NCBI GenBank assembly: GCA_963758915.1 | Contig: CAVWXH010000005.1 | Span: forward strand, 68,936 to 132,935 | DNA length: 64,000 nucleotides | From: an uncultured Methanomicrobiales archaeon | GTDB taxonomy: Archaea; Halobacteriota; Methanomicrobia; Methanomicrobiales; Methanospirillaceae | Direction of reading: 5' to 3' | Notes under the pieces: generated by a model | Database searches by the model: none | The model's input: the letters and a program-made list of their open reading frames with translations, nothing else | What the model was told of the DNA's origin: nothing | Part shown: in pieces, positions 1-10,045 of the stretch | Layout of the letters: the number at the start of each line of letters is the position of its first letter | Position numbering within the stretch: the first letter of the stretch is position 1 | Made by a program: the position numbers and the translations under genes

Positions 1-587
1 ACCCCTGCGAAGAATAACACAAGTGCACCAAACACGGTGGTGAGGATATAGCTGTCGCTGTTCGCATTCGCCTGCCGGACGTTATCAAGGTTTACTGACA
101 TGTTGAGCTTCAACTGCTCCAGTTCCCGGCTTGTCTTCAGTGAGTAACTCGGCAACGAAAAAGGGGTTCCCTGGGGTATCTCGCCTGGTTTTGCTGCCTG
201 TAACCATTCATTAAAAGCCGGACGGAATTCATCACGGAAACGGTCTTCGAGAAAAACCATTCTCCCTGTCTGGTTTTCACTTGCCGCCTGTACCCATGAG
301 AGGAACATATTGACATCAATGGTCCGGAGCGTGTTGTCGTCATTCGTAAGGCGGATTGATTGTGCCTGTAAGAGTGCAATAGCACCAACATTCTCCATCT
401 GGACATTACCCCATGCAGAGGCCTCGTATACGCACCATGCTGAAGCAACGGTTGCTGTCGCAAGGAGTACGAGTATAACAATTTCAATTATCCTTTGAGT
501 TTTCTTTTTCCCTTCATCGGGCTCTTTGCCGTTACTGTTATTATTGCTTCCGGCGCCTGATAATCTCAAGATTGATAATAGACCCAT
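1..587 (-). CDS. Hypothetical membrane protein, runs off the left edge
   Basis: Manual translation from ATG at 587: MGLLSILRLSG...RIIEIVILVLLATATVASAWCVYEASAW...DSYILTTVFGALVLFFAG. Open to the window edge with two hydrophobic segments. Not in the ORF track because the stop lies outside the window. Confidence 0.75.
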   Translation of the reverse strand, partial: MGLLSILRLSGAGSNNNSNGKEPDEGKKKTQRIIEIVILVLLATATVASAWCVYEASAWGNVQMENVGAIALLQAQSIRLTNDDNTLRTIDVNMFLSWVQAASENQTGRMVFLEDRFRDEFRPAFNEWLQAAKPGEIPQGTPFSLPSYSLKTSRELEQLKLNMSVNLDNVRQANANSDSYILTTVFGALVLFFAG

Positions 588-781
588 GGGTACCCAAATC
601 CAGTCGGTGTTATTCCATATGAAACATGGATTATTGAAATCTTGCGCTTCGAACGCTCCAGTTCACATGCTCCCGAATCCCCCGCATACTATGAGAAATA
701 GTTACATGAGATAGTAAAAAACCAATGAATTCCCTGTCATGGTGCAATAAATTGATTCCGGGGATGAGGTACCAATAAATC

Positions 782-1135
782 GAATTTGTTGAAACCCTTC
801 GGTGTCATAAAAAATAAGAGGGAAATACGAAGACAGGAGGGGGTTTCACCCCCTCCCTGCCCCACCCCCATTAAGATATTCTTCGGGCAGGGTTTACCGA
901 AGGCTCATTAAATTCAGTGTATTGGGGGATGGTCTCTATCCCAACCGGGGTCGCCAAAACGGCGGGGCGGAGCCCCGGGAGCGTGACGAAATTTTGGAAT
1001 TACCAATCTGCAAGATAGACTTGAGAGGATTTCCCATGTAAATGCCTGAACGGCCACCAATATGAAGAGATTTTGAACGCGGCATTTTCATGGTTTGGGT
1101 GTGAACTTCCCGTTCATGCATGTTTCTACAGAGCC
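782..1135 (+). mobile_element. MITE copy 1 (354 bp, non-autonomous, IS5/IS903-like ends)
   Basis: Ends GAATTTGTTGAAAC...GTTTCTACAGAGCC form an imperfect TIR. Flanked by the 8-bp direct repeat AATAAATC (774-781 and 1136-1143). Near-identical to 7047-7307. Confidence 0.85.
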
Positions 1136-1173
1136 AATAAATCAGATTTTGCTGATGGATGCCTGTCCCGGGC

Positions 1174-1839
1174 TTAAAAATTACCCGGGCAAATCCCGTC
1201 GGTAAAAAAATTTATTCTTTGAAGAAATGGACTTTCACCGATCATTTCCTGCATGATATTCTCTTTTCCATACTTCTTCACGTAGGTATAACAGATCAGA
1301 GCAACAATTACCCCGGAAATAAAGACAAAGATCATATCAGACATAGTATCCGTGTTGTTCGCCTGCATTGGCCCGGCAAGGCTACCACCAATAAAGGTGT
1401 CCACGGTGAACTCATAGATCTCCCAGAGGTATTCCATTATCATGCCAAACGCAACCGTGAAAAGCCCGATAAACAGGGCGTCCAGGCGATAATTCCTGAC
1501 CTTGTCGAGAAACAGGATTGCAAGGAACCCTAACAGGGAGACGATGAACCCTGACACAAGGTGGGCGAGGTTATCCCAGTTGGGAATATTGTAATACCGT
1601 CCCTGTATGTATCCTGACAGGTGGATGAGGATTGCCAGGGAGATGAGGAAGTAAATGAACCACGGGAATTTAATGTTGGCATACTTTGTGATAACATAGG
1701 GTATCATACCCATGACGAACATGAGGATCCCGACTGATATACCCCCTGAATCACCGATTGCCACCGCATACAGGACATTCAGGCCTACCAGTGCCTGTAC
1801 GAAGTAGGCGAGGTACATACCATACGAACGATTAGTCAT
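1174..1839 (-). CDS. Integral membrane protein (YjdF/DUF2238-like)
   Basis: 221 aa with multiple TM helices; motifs WDNLAH, WEIYEF and DTMSDM are typical of this family. Confidence 0.65.
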   Translation of the reverse strand: MTNRSYGMYLAYFVQALVGLNVLYAVAIGDSGGISVGILMFVMGMIPYVITKYANIKFPWFIYFLISLAILIHLSGYIQGRYYNIPNWDNLAHLVSGFIVSLLGFLAILFLDKVRNYRLDALFIGLFTVAFGMIMEYLWEIYEFTVDTFIGGSLAGPMQANNTDTMSDMIFVFISGVIVALICYTYVKKYGKENIMQEMIGESPFLQRINFFTDGICPGNF

Positions 1840-2089
1840 AGGGTGACAATTTATGGCTGACAGTATATTTATTTTTGCGAGTAATCCATGATCTCCTCAA
1901 TAACGGCGTAGCGATGGAATTCCGGATCGGAAATGAGGAGTATATGACACGGATGCCGCAATACATACTTCAGGGAAATAATACAGCAACTTTTTCTATC
2001 CGCTTACAATCCGGGCAGATGTGTGCATGAGGGAATGTTTCCGTGAGAAAAAACCGGATTTCCAGCCAGGTATAAAAGAGGGCATCTCA

Positions 2090-3020
2090 TCAGCCCATCA
2101 GGGCTGTATTATCCGTGCCACCGTTTTGTGGCGGGGTGATATATACAATTTCGGGAGGCGATAAAAACCTGAGTTCTACATCCAGGTTGGACGTCCCTGT
2201 CCCCCGGGTTATATACGTGACGGTATCTCCCTCCATAATTTTCCCACTTAATGTGACCAGGCCGCCCGAAATGACCCGTTCGAAACCGGACGGGATAAAC
2301 TGGCCACCGTGGGTATGTCCGGCCAGGATAAGGTCTGCATCCCAGTCAGTCCGGCATTCGGGTTCGTGGATCATGTAGATGACGAAAGAACCGGTCCTGG
2401 GCACTTCCGGTGGGTCCGCCATCCCCGCCCAGCCATCGTCCACGCCGACAATCACCACGCTCCTGCCGTCAATCGTGATCTCTTCATATTCATTCCGGAG
2501 TACCCTGACCCCGTTGGCAGTCAGCACGGCAGCCAGCCGGTCGGCGTATTCATAGTCAGCAGATGTATCCCGGAGACAGCTGGTGTTATAATTCCCCGGT
2601 TCCATCGGGGCGTTCTGTACCCCTATCATTTTGCGAAGGCCACTCGCTGCACTATTACCTGACATGTAGTCATGGTTACCAAGTACTGCATACGCGGGTG
2701 CTTCCAGTCCGGACCATACCTCCTGGAGGGAAAGGTCTTCACCATCTTCGTACGTAAAGTCCCCCCCGATTAACACCACAGATGGATGTAGGTCATTGAT
2801 TTGCCGGATAATTTCCCGGGTATGGTTGATATTACTCGCCCGGAGGTGAGGGTCCGCGATAAACACGATACCTGCCGGGGCACCCTCAATTTCCAGCCGG
2901 GTGACCTCTGACGAGCCTGCCCTCCGTGTACATGTAGCCGACCGACGCGGGGAGAAGCACGGCGAGGAGCACAATGGTAAAATATAGTTTATAATTGGTA
3001 TCAGGCAATCGAATGCTCAT
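2090..3020 (-). CDS. Membrane-anchored calcineurin-like metallophosphoesterase (YkuE-like), 1-nt frameshift near 2920
   Basis: Motifs ADPH, GGDF, GNHD and GHTHGGQ. The N-terminal anchor MSIRLPDTNYKLYFTIVLLAVLLPASVGYMYTE starts at ATG 3020 in another frame. Confidence 0.8.
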
Positions 3021-3256
3021 CAGGTTATCTACGATCGGGTGGTAGTTCTTCTTTCATATTGTTTCTGATCATGGCAAAGTTTCTCTGCCTGGATCTACCG
3101 TAATCCAGAACGTCCTAATTGTGAACTCAAAGGCAGGGTAAATAAAATCTCACCTCATCGTGTCCACGAAATTTCTCACCGGTATTTGGCCGGCATTGTA
3201 CCTGGGGTAGTTTAATCTGCTCGGGTAACGAAAAAATCTGTATACGGGAGTCTATA

Positions 3257-4129
3257 ATGGAAATTGAACTGCTAATTACCATCGGCATCTACCTGTTCAT
3301 TCTTACATCAATGCTCTTTATCGGACTTGGGCATACCTACAGGGATTTTCTCGAACCTTTCAAGAATATTAAGCTGGTATTGTTTGCGCTGCTTGTAAAC
3401 CTCGTCCTTATCCCGGTTGCCGGCTACCTGGTTGCTACCGTGTTTGCCCTTTCCGGTGCGATGCTGGTCGGATTTCTCCTGATGACCAGTGCACCAGGTG
3501 CCTCCTACGGACCGAGACTTGCCGAGGTTTCGGGTGGCGATGTGCCGTTTGCTACCGGTCTCATGTTCCTCCTCTGTACGGTCGCATTGGTTTCAACACC
3601 GATCACCCTGATTCTCCTGATGCCGGAGGATTCGGTAATTAATATGTGGCCTGTCATCCGTACGCTTTTGCTCCTTATGGTAATCCCTATGGCAGCCGGG
3701 CTGCTGGTTCGTGCCAAATGGCCTGCCATTGCTAAAAAGCTGGAAGCACCTGTTGTATGGACTTCATATATCATGATCCTGGTTGTAATGCTCCTGTTCC
3801 TCGCGACCGTGCTATTCTCGCCAGGTGCAGTCGGCGGGCTTACGAAACTGTTTGGGACCTTTGGAATTGCTGCAATGGTAATTGTCGTTGGCATATCACT
3901 TGTTCTCGGATACCTTTGTGGTGGGCCAACGACCGGGACCCGAAGGTCGCTTGCCACAGGTTCTGCTATCAGGAACGCAGGGATGGCCATGCTTTTTGCT
4001 ACCAGTATATTCGGTGAGAATGTGAGCGAGGTCCTCCCCGTTCTTATTGTCTACATTATCGTCCAGACCGTGATGGTCGGACTCGCTGCAGGGAAATGGA
4101 GAAAACAATCTGCTCCCGGAGCGGTATAG
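3257..4129 (+). CDS. Bile acid:sodium symporter (BASS) family transporter
   Basis: 290 aa, highly hydrophobic; NLVLIP, APGAS and RNAGMA motifs. Confidence 0.8.
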   Translation: MEIELLITIGIYLFILTSMLFIGLGHTYRDFLEPFKNIKLVLFALLVNLVLIPVAGYLVATVFALSGAMLVGFLLMTSAPGASYGPRLAEVSGGDVPFATGLMFLLCTVALVSTPITLILLMPEDSVINMWPVIRTLLLLMVIPMAAGLLVRAKWPAIAKKLEAPVVWTSYIMILVVMLLFLATVLFSPGAVGGLTKLFGTFGIAAMVIVVGISLVLGYLCGGPTTGTRRSLATGSAIRNAGMAMLFATSIFGENVSEVLPVLIVYIIVQTVMVGLAAGKWRKQSAPGAV

Positions 4130-4138
4130 CGCAACATA

Positions 4139-4169
4139 ATCCCCCCTCATGGGGGGATGTACCTTTTTT
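4139..4169 (+). terminator. Hairpin plus T-tract terminator
   Basis: ATCCCCCC-TCAT-GGGGGGAT followed by a T-run just after the stop at 4129. Confidence 0.6.
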
Positions 4170-4591
4170 CTGAACCTGTTATCCATGATACCAACCAATT
4201 GCAATTGTTAACAATTCAGATCCAAGGACGATGGTGCCGGGTTCTTCCTGCAGGAGAGACAACCCGTCTTCCCTCTTAAAAGACGGATTGTACCATACAA
4301 AGTATACTTATTAGCCTTAAAATGCTAATCCAGAGTTATTCCGCCCTCCGTGTTCCGGAGCCAGGATGGAACTGTTGAACCAGGAGGAAAACATCATGGG
4401 ATTATCAAAAAGGTTGTTACCGTAAAGAAAGTTAAAGAACACTCAAAATCCAGGGTAGAGCAAAAAGAAGAATTTGCGAAGGCTGATGAGAAGAAATAAT
4501 GGTTATTTTGGCTGGTATGAAAAACTCCGGCAAAAACGATCTGAAACCCACCTTTTTTCGTGCTCATCTATGAGCCAAAGGTTCAATAGCA

Positions 4592-4948
4592 CGCTCTGTA
4601 GAAAAACACATGAACGGGAAGTTCACACCCGGGCTATGAAAATACCTCGTTCAAAATTTCTATATATGGGATTCGTTTTGTTATGTTCATGGGAAATGCT
4701 TTGCGAATCTCTGGCGACTTCGGGTTGTTCCAAAATTAACCCACGCCCCCGGGGCTCATGGCCCGCCGCTTTGGCGACCCCGGTTGGGATAGAGACCATC
4801 TCAAAAATACTCTGAATTTAATGAGCCTTCGCCGAAACCCTGCCTGAAGAATATCTTAATGGGAGTGGGGCAGGGAGGGGGTGAAACTCCCTCCCGTATT
4901 CGTATTTCCCTCTTCTTTTTTATGACCCCGCAGGGCTTCAACAAAGCC
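4592..4948 (-). mobile_element. MITE copy 2 (inverted, diverged)
   Basis: Reverse complement of copy 1 along its length. Ends CGCTCTGTAGAAA...TTCAACAAAGCC. No TSD seen. Confidence 0.8.
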
Positions 4949-4982
4949 GTTTTTTTTAAAAAAAAATAAATGAATTTCGGGA

Positions 4983-6467
4983 TTACAGGATAGGTGAGAA
5001 CAGCCGGGAGAAAGAAGACCTTGCCTTGAAATAGCGTGAACGACTGGCATACCATGCAGGAGTTAGTTCGGTACAATTCGGAAGGTCATTGAGGTACGCC
5101 TGGTTAAATTCTCCGGCCACTTTTTCATCATAGATAATTGCATTTGTCTCGAAATTCAGCCGGAAACTCCTGATATCCCAGTTGGCACTCCCAATTGATG
5201 CCGCCACCCCGTCGATCACGATGGTCTTGGCATGAAGGAACCCATTATCATACGTATAGACCTTGACACCTGATTCAAGGAGCTCTTCCGCATAGGAATG
5301 GCTTGCCCAGTACACAAACATGTGATCCGGTTTACTCGGGATCATAATCCGCACGTCAATTCCTGACAGGGCCGCAATATGGAGTGCATCCATCACACTC
5401 TGGTCGGGAATGAAATACGGTGTCTGTATATATACGGTATCCAAAGCGGTATTGATCATTTTCAGGTACGATTCCTTTACCGGGTTCCAACCCGTGTCAG
5501 GTCCGCCTGAAACGATCTGCATCGTGGAACCTTCCTGGTGGGGGCTCTGGTGGAAGTACCGCTCGCCAATACCCATTGTATCCTTGGAAGCGAAATTCCA
5601 GTCGAGATAGAACCGTATCTGGGCAACTAATGCACCCGTCCCCTTGATCCTTACGGCTGCATCCCGCCAGTACCCCCACCGCTTGTCCAGCCCGAGATAA
5701 TCGTCACCGATATTAAAGCCGCCAATAAACGCGGTCTCCCCGTCGATGATCGCAATTTTCCGGTGATTCCGGAAGTTCACCCGGTAATTGAAATAGGAAA
5801 ATAAGGAGGGGAAAAAGACTGCATGTTTCCCGCCGGCAGCAGTAAATTCATCATAAAAATGCTTTGGCAGACCTCCGCTTCCCACCCCGTCAACGAGAAG
5901 CCGAACTTCGACTCCCGACCGGGCTTTCTCGGTAAGTGCCTTCATGATGTCCCGGCCGAGTCCGTCATCTTTCAGAATAAAATATTCCATGTGCACATGG
6001 TCGCGGGCATTGCTGATTTCCATGATTAAGTCAGCAAACTTGGCTTTCCCATCTGTATAGGGGGTGATCTGATTATTGGTCGTGATAAGAGCCCGGTTAT
6101 TCTGGAGCAGCAGCAGTGCCATCCTGCGGATGGCCCCGGACCATCGACTGGTCATTTTCTCCTCCTTTTCTTTTACCTCCTTTATCTGGGCTGCCATCAG
6201 ATCCGTCAATTTCTGATCGCTCTCTTTTTTAATGGAAAACAACTTTTCTTTCCGGTAATTCTGACCAAAGACCAGGTACAGGAAAAAACCGATAAACGGC
6301 AGCAACAACAGTACCAGGATCCATGAAACTGCACGAGTCGGGTTTTTTCTCTCAACGAACACAATTGTGATAGCGAAAAAAATATTTACGACAGTTAGTA
6401 TCGGCAACAGGAAATAGTAAATCGCTTGCAGAAAATCAAATATCTGGACCAGAAGATCGGAAACCAT
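4983..6467 (-). CDS. cls: Cardiolipin synthase
   Basis: N-terminal TM hairpin (WILVLLLLPFIGFFLYLVFG) and two HKD motifs (HRKIAIID, HAKTIVID). Confidence 0.92.
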   Translation of the reverse strand: MVSDLLVQIFDFLQAIYYFLLPILTVVNIFFAITIVFVERKNPTRAVSWILVLLLLPFIGFFLYLVFGQNYRKEKLFSIKKESDQKLTDLMAAQIKEVKEKEEKMTSRWSGAIRRMALLLLQNNRALITTNNQITPYTDGKAKFADLIMEISNARDHVHMEYFILKDDGLGRDIMKALTEKARSGVEVRLLVDGVGSGGLPKHFYDEFTAAGGKHAVFFPSLFSYFNYRVNFRNHRKIAIIDGETAFIGGFNIGDDYLGLDKRWGYWRDAAVRIKGTGALVAQIRFYLDWNFASKDTMGIGERYFHQSPHQEGSTMQIVSGGPDTGWNPVKESYLKMINTALDTVYIQTPYFIPDQSVMDALHIAALSGIDVRIMIPSKPDHMFVYWASHSYAEELLESGVKVYTYDNGFLHAKTIVIDGVAASIGSANWDIRSFRLNFETNAIIYDEKVAGEFNQAYLNDLPNCTELTPAWYASRSRYFKARSSFSRLFSPIL

Positions 6468-6655
6468 AATACACCTCAGAACGTTTTTTTTTCAAAAACC
6501 GTTGAGGGAAACTTGCATATCCAATCCTATATATTATCTTTGATTTTTTTTCTATATCCCCCAAACCTTATAGCTCCCTTGGTTCGAACGAGTGTATCCA
6601 ATTACTGGCAATTGTTTTCGACACATTCATATTTCCTCTCACCAATTTTCTAGCA

Positions 6656-6967
6656 ATGAGTTCCAAAGTAGTTAACCGATCATACAAACCAAAGGACTGG
6701 GTAATAACCGTTCTCGGGGCAGTTATTTTAGGTTTTAGCGTGGGAGCGTTATTATTTCCCCCCATCGCAATTCAAAACGGACTTTCCAGCTATGTCTCTC
6801 CGTCGTTATTTTACCCCGTCACCCTCCTCATCAAGGGAATCTTAATAATTATAGGGCTGCTGATGTGGTACCAAATCCGGAGTAAGGCTCAATTAAACCG
6901 TGTTTTCTGGATAGTTACCGCTGTCTGCCTGGTTGCTGAGTTCCTTCTGGCAATACGCTACGTGTAG
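6656..6967 (+). CDS. Small membrane protein (3 TM), hypothetical
   Basis: 103-aa hydrophobic ORF followed by a poly-T tract. Confidence 0.6.
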   Translation: MSSKVVNRSYKPKDWVITVLGAVILGFSVGALLFPPIAIQNGLSSYVSPSLFYPVTLLIKGILIIIGLLMWYQIRSKAQLNRVFWIVTAVCLVAEFLLAIRYV

Positions 6968-7046
6968 AATCAGGCTACAATAATTTTTTTTTAATTGGTT
7001 AAACGCTATCAAGAACAGGTGAAAGGGTTACATCTTACCAAATAAC

Positions 7047-7307
7047 GGCTTTGTTGAAACCCTTCGGTGTCATAAAAAATAAGAGGGAAATACGAAGACA
7101 GGAGGGGGTTTCACCCCCTCCCTGCCCCACCCCCATTAAGATATTCTTCGGGCAGGGTTTACCGAAGGCTCATTAAATTCAGTGTATTGGGGGATGGTCT
7201 CTATCCCAACCGGGGTCGCCAAAACGGCGGGGCGGAGCCCCGTGAGCGTGACGAAATTTTGGAATTACCAATCTGCAAGATAGATTTGAGAGGATTTCTA
7301 CAGAGCC
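7047..7307 (+). mobile_element. MITE copy 3 (261 bp, internally deleted)
   Basis: TIR GGCTTTGTTGAAAC...ATTTCTACAGAGCC; 8-bp TSD CAAATAAC (7039-7046 and 7308-7315). Confidence 0.88.
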
Positions 7308-7603
7308 CAAATAACCTGATCTCTTTTTTTTGTAAATATCTTCCAGGAAAATTTTCTCCATCCTGATAAAACTGGTTAAATCCAAACATATTCAATTTCC
7401 ATCTGAGATGCTGCCGGAAATGATGGGCGCAATTACAATTATTACCTGGAGAACCGAAAATTCGGAACCTCGGATCTCCAGTCCTTTCCGATTACAAGAC
7501 CCCGTTTCGATTCAATAAGAAGGTTGCAATCGCTTGCGGAAAAAACACCGGTGCTAATTAATACTTAACAATTAAAGAATAACCACTCAAGGAGTGAGTA
7601 CGT

Positions 7604-7993
7604 ATGGAAAAAGCACGACCAATTGGTGTACTATTTCTGGTCTTCCTGGCCATTCTTGGTGCGATTAATGCGTTTATATACACGCTGCAGATGTTACATA
7701 TCCTTCCGACCTACCTTGGACCGGTGGCATTCTACCAGTTCAGCCTCATCGGGGCTGCTTTCTGGGGATTCCTGGCCTTTATCTGGCTCGGTGTAGCCGG
7801 GGCGTTATGGATCATGCACCCGCAGGGCTGGATGTTCATGATGCTGATTGCGACATTTGACCTGATATACGGGGTTATTTGTGTTCTTGGCGGGTCTTCA
7901 TGGGAAGCAATGGCACCGATTATCATTATCAGCGGTCTGGTCCTGGTCTACTGCATGCTGCCCGGCACGAAAAAAGCCTTTGGAATCCTGTAG
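7604..7993 (+). CDS. Small 4-TM membrane protein, hypothetical
   Basis: 129-aa hydrophobic ORF with an upstream AAGGAGTGA SD-like motif. Confidence 0.75.
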   Translation: MEKARPIGVLFLVFLAILGAINAFIYTLQMLHILPTYLGPVAFYQFSLIGAAFWGFLAFIWLGVAGALWIMHPQGWMFMMLIATFDLIYGVICVLGGSSWEAMAPIIIISGLVLVYCMLPGTKKAFGIL

Positions 7994-8184
7994 TAGTGTG
8001 ACTGATCTCTAAATCCCCTAATTTTTCGATTTTAAAATAGTTTCCGGGCAGTTATTCATCGTATTTCCGGTGGGTGTAAAACACTGTTCCCGGCTGTTAT
8101 TTACCGGGATAATCCGGAAATTTTCAAAAATTTGAAATCACAATGATTAAATTTTAAGAGATTAATCATTCTGGACGGAATACA

Positions 8185-8730
8185 ATGAATAAAGAGAATA
8201 TAACTCCCCCCGAAAGTAACGGTGGATCGCAGGACAACTGCCAGGAAACAGGTGGCGTTCACTCCTTTGTCCAGTCCCTGGCGGTAAGCAGCAAATGGCT
8301 GTTCAGCCTTGCTGTGATCGGGACCGGGATCATTTGTGCCATCCTGTTCATATATGGTTTCCTCCTGAGTATTTCCTCTGTTTACTATGCAATAGTGGGT
8401 TTCAGCTTTGAAATGCATACGGTCCAGGAATTCCTCGCACGGGCAATTGAGATCATTGATATCTTCCTCGTTGCGACGGTCTTTTACCTCATATCAATGG
8501 GGTTGTATGAACTCTTTATCGCCAAAGCCCCGCTACCCGGGTGGGTGGAAATTCGCACCCTTGATGATCTGAAAACAAAGCTTCTCGGGCTCATTGTCAT
8601 TGCCTTAGCCGTTATTTTCCTTGGGGCTGCCCTTACACTCAGTAAAGGGTTAAGCATCCTTGAATTCGGTGCTGCGGTGGCGGTTATAATTATCGCAATT
8701 TCAGCCTACCTGTGGGTAAAACATGAATAA
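8185..8730 (+). CDS. YqhA/UPF0114 family membrane protein
   Basis: IDIFLVATVFYLISMGLYELFI and LDDLKTKL motifs. Confidence 0.85.
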   Translation: MNKENITPPESNGGSQDNCQETGGVHSFVQSLAVSSKWLFSLAVIGTGIICAILFIYGFLLSISSVYYAIVGFSFEMHTVQEFLARAIEIIDIFLVATVFYLISMGLYELFIAKAPLPGWVEIRTLDDLKTKLLGLIVIALAVIFLGAALTLSKGLSILEFGAAVAVIIIAISAYLWVKHE

Positions 8731-8852
8731 TGCCTGGTAAATAGATGATATCCGGGTAATGCCCATTTTTTTGACCCCGGATAATTCAACCGGGAATATT
8801 ACCAATTATTATTCAGTCATTCCACTACATTATTAATTCAGGGGATTTTCCA

Positions 8853-9800
8853 ATGGTTCCAGAAGACGAACTCAGTAATGAAAAAGGGTTTGGGTATGAA
8901 ATATTCATTGCCCTTGTATCAATATTATCGGTTGTCAACCTCGCTCTGGTGTATATTCCGGGTGTGAACCCGGAAGCGGTCAACGTTGTAGAAATTATCA
9001 ACGTTTTCCTGACGGTTATCTTCGTTCTTGATTTCGTGTACAGGTTCACTACCACGAAGTCAAAGTCCCATTATTTCTTCCGTGACTATGGATGGGCTGA
9101 TTTACTCGCCTGTGCACCCCAGTTAAGATTTTTAAGGATTTTCCGTATTTTCAAGGCCTACCGGCTTATCAAAGAACACGGGGTCAAAGAAATTACCCAT
9201 TATCTATCGTATAACCGGGCTGAAGCAGCGTTATACATCCTTGTTTTCTCGGTAATCATCATCCTTGAAGTGGGCTCATTTTTAGTATTGCGTGCAGAAT
9301 ACAGCGCACCCAATGCAAATATCACAACAGCTGGTGATGCCTTGTGGTGGGCATACGTGACCATCACCACCGTCGGCTACGGTGATCAGTTCCCGGTTAC
9401 CGGTGCCGGGAGACTGGTAGGTGTACTGGTAATGACAACCGGTGTGGGGATTTTTGCTACGTTTGCCGGGTTCATATCGAATAAACTCCTCACACCACCT
9501 GAAAAGAAAGATGAGGAAGTGGAGAAACCCAAGGAGGAGATGTCCGAATTTGAAAAGCAGGTCCTCGCACGAATTGCCGAATTAAAAAATTCCCTGTCGC
9601 AACAGGAAAGAAAAAACAACGAGATATCAGCCAAGCTCGAAAAACTGGAACGGGCTCTTGCAGATACTAAACCCTCTTTACCCGCAGATGCCGGAGAAAA
9701 GCCTCTGGAGGGTCCGGAACCTGGAGAAAAATATTTCAAAGAGGGAAAATCAAAAACAGATTATAAATCTTCGTTCTGGAAAAATATTTCCGATAAATAA
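8853..9800 (+). CDS. Voltage-gated-type potassium channel (6-TM, KvAP-like)
   Basis: S4-like LRFLRIFRIFKAYR, filter TTVGYGD and a C-terminal coiled coil. Confidence 0.88.
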   Translation: MVPEDELSNEKGFGYEIFIALVSILSVVNLALVYIPGVNPEAVNVVEIINVFLTVIFVLDFVYRFTTTKSKSHYFFRDYGWADLLACAPQLRFLRIFRIFKAYRLIKEHGVKEITHYLSYNRAEAALYILVFSVIIILEVGSFLVLRAEYSAPNANITTAGDALWWAYVTITTVGYGDQFPVTGAGRLVGVLVMTTGVGIFATFAGFISNKLLTPPEKKDEEVEKPKEEMSEFEKQVLARIAELKNSLSQQERKNNEISAKLEKLERALADTKPSLPADAGEKPLEGPEPGEKYFKEGKSKTDYKSSFWKNISDK

Positions 9801-10045
9801 CCCGGTATGAACTAAAATTACCATTTTTCAGGTGGAATCCACAAACCCGGACTATCCGCAATTACAATAATGCCAGATCACGATCTGAAACCATAAACAC
9901 CATGTTCTCCATGGTCCTGAATAATTAAGAAAACCCGAGGGTCTGGAAAACTATACGATTTCTTCGTCTCACGCCATGTGGATGAAAAAATTTTACCGGT
10001 ATTCCAAATTCATTAAATACGTTACATCCAAAGGATCAGGTTGGT

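Noticed and set aside
936-1121. Short ORFs within MITE copies (also 4474-4815, 4801-5076, 7179-7395)
   Set aside because: They recur only because the repeat recurs; frames are not preserved between copies and there are no transposase motifs.
4592-7307. Composite transposon formed by MITE copies 2 and 3 around cls
   Set aside because: Copy 3 has its own TSD, so it inserted independently; no shared outer TSD.
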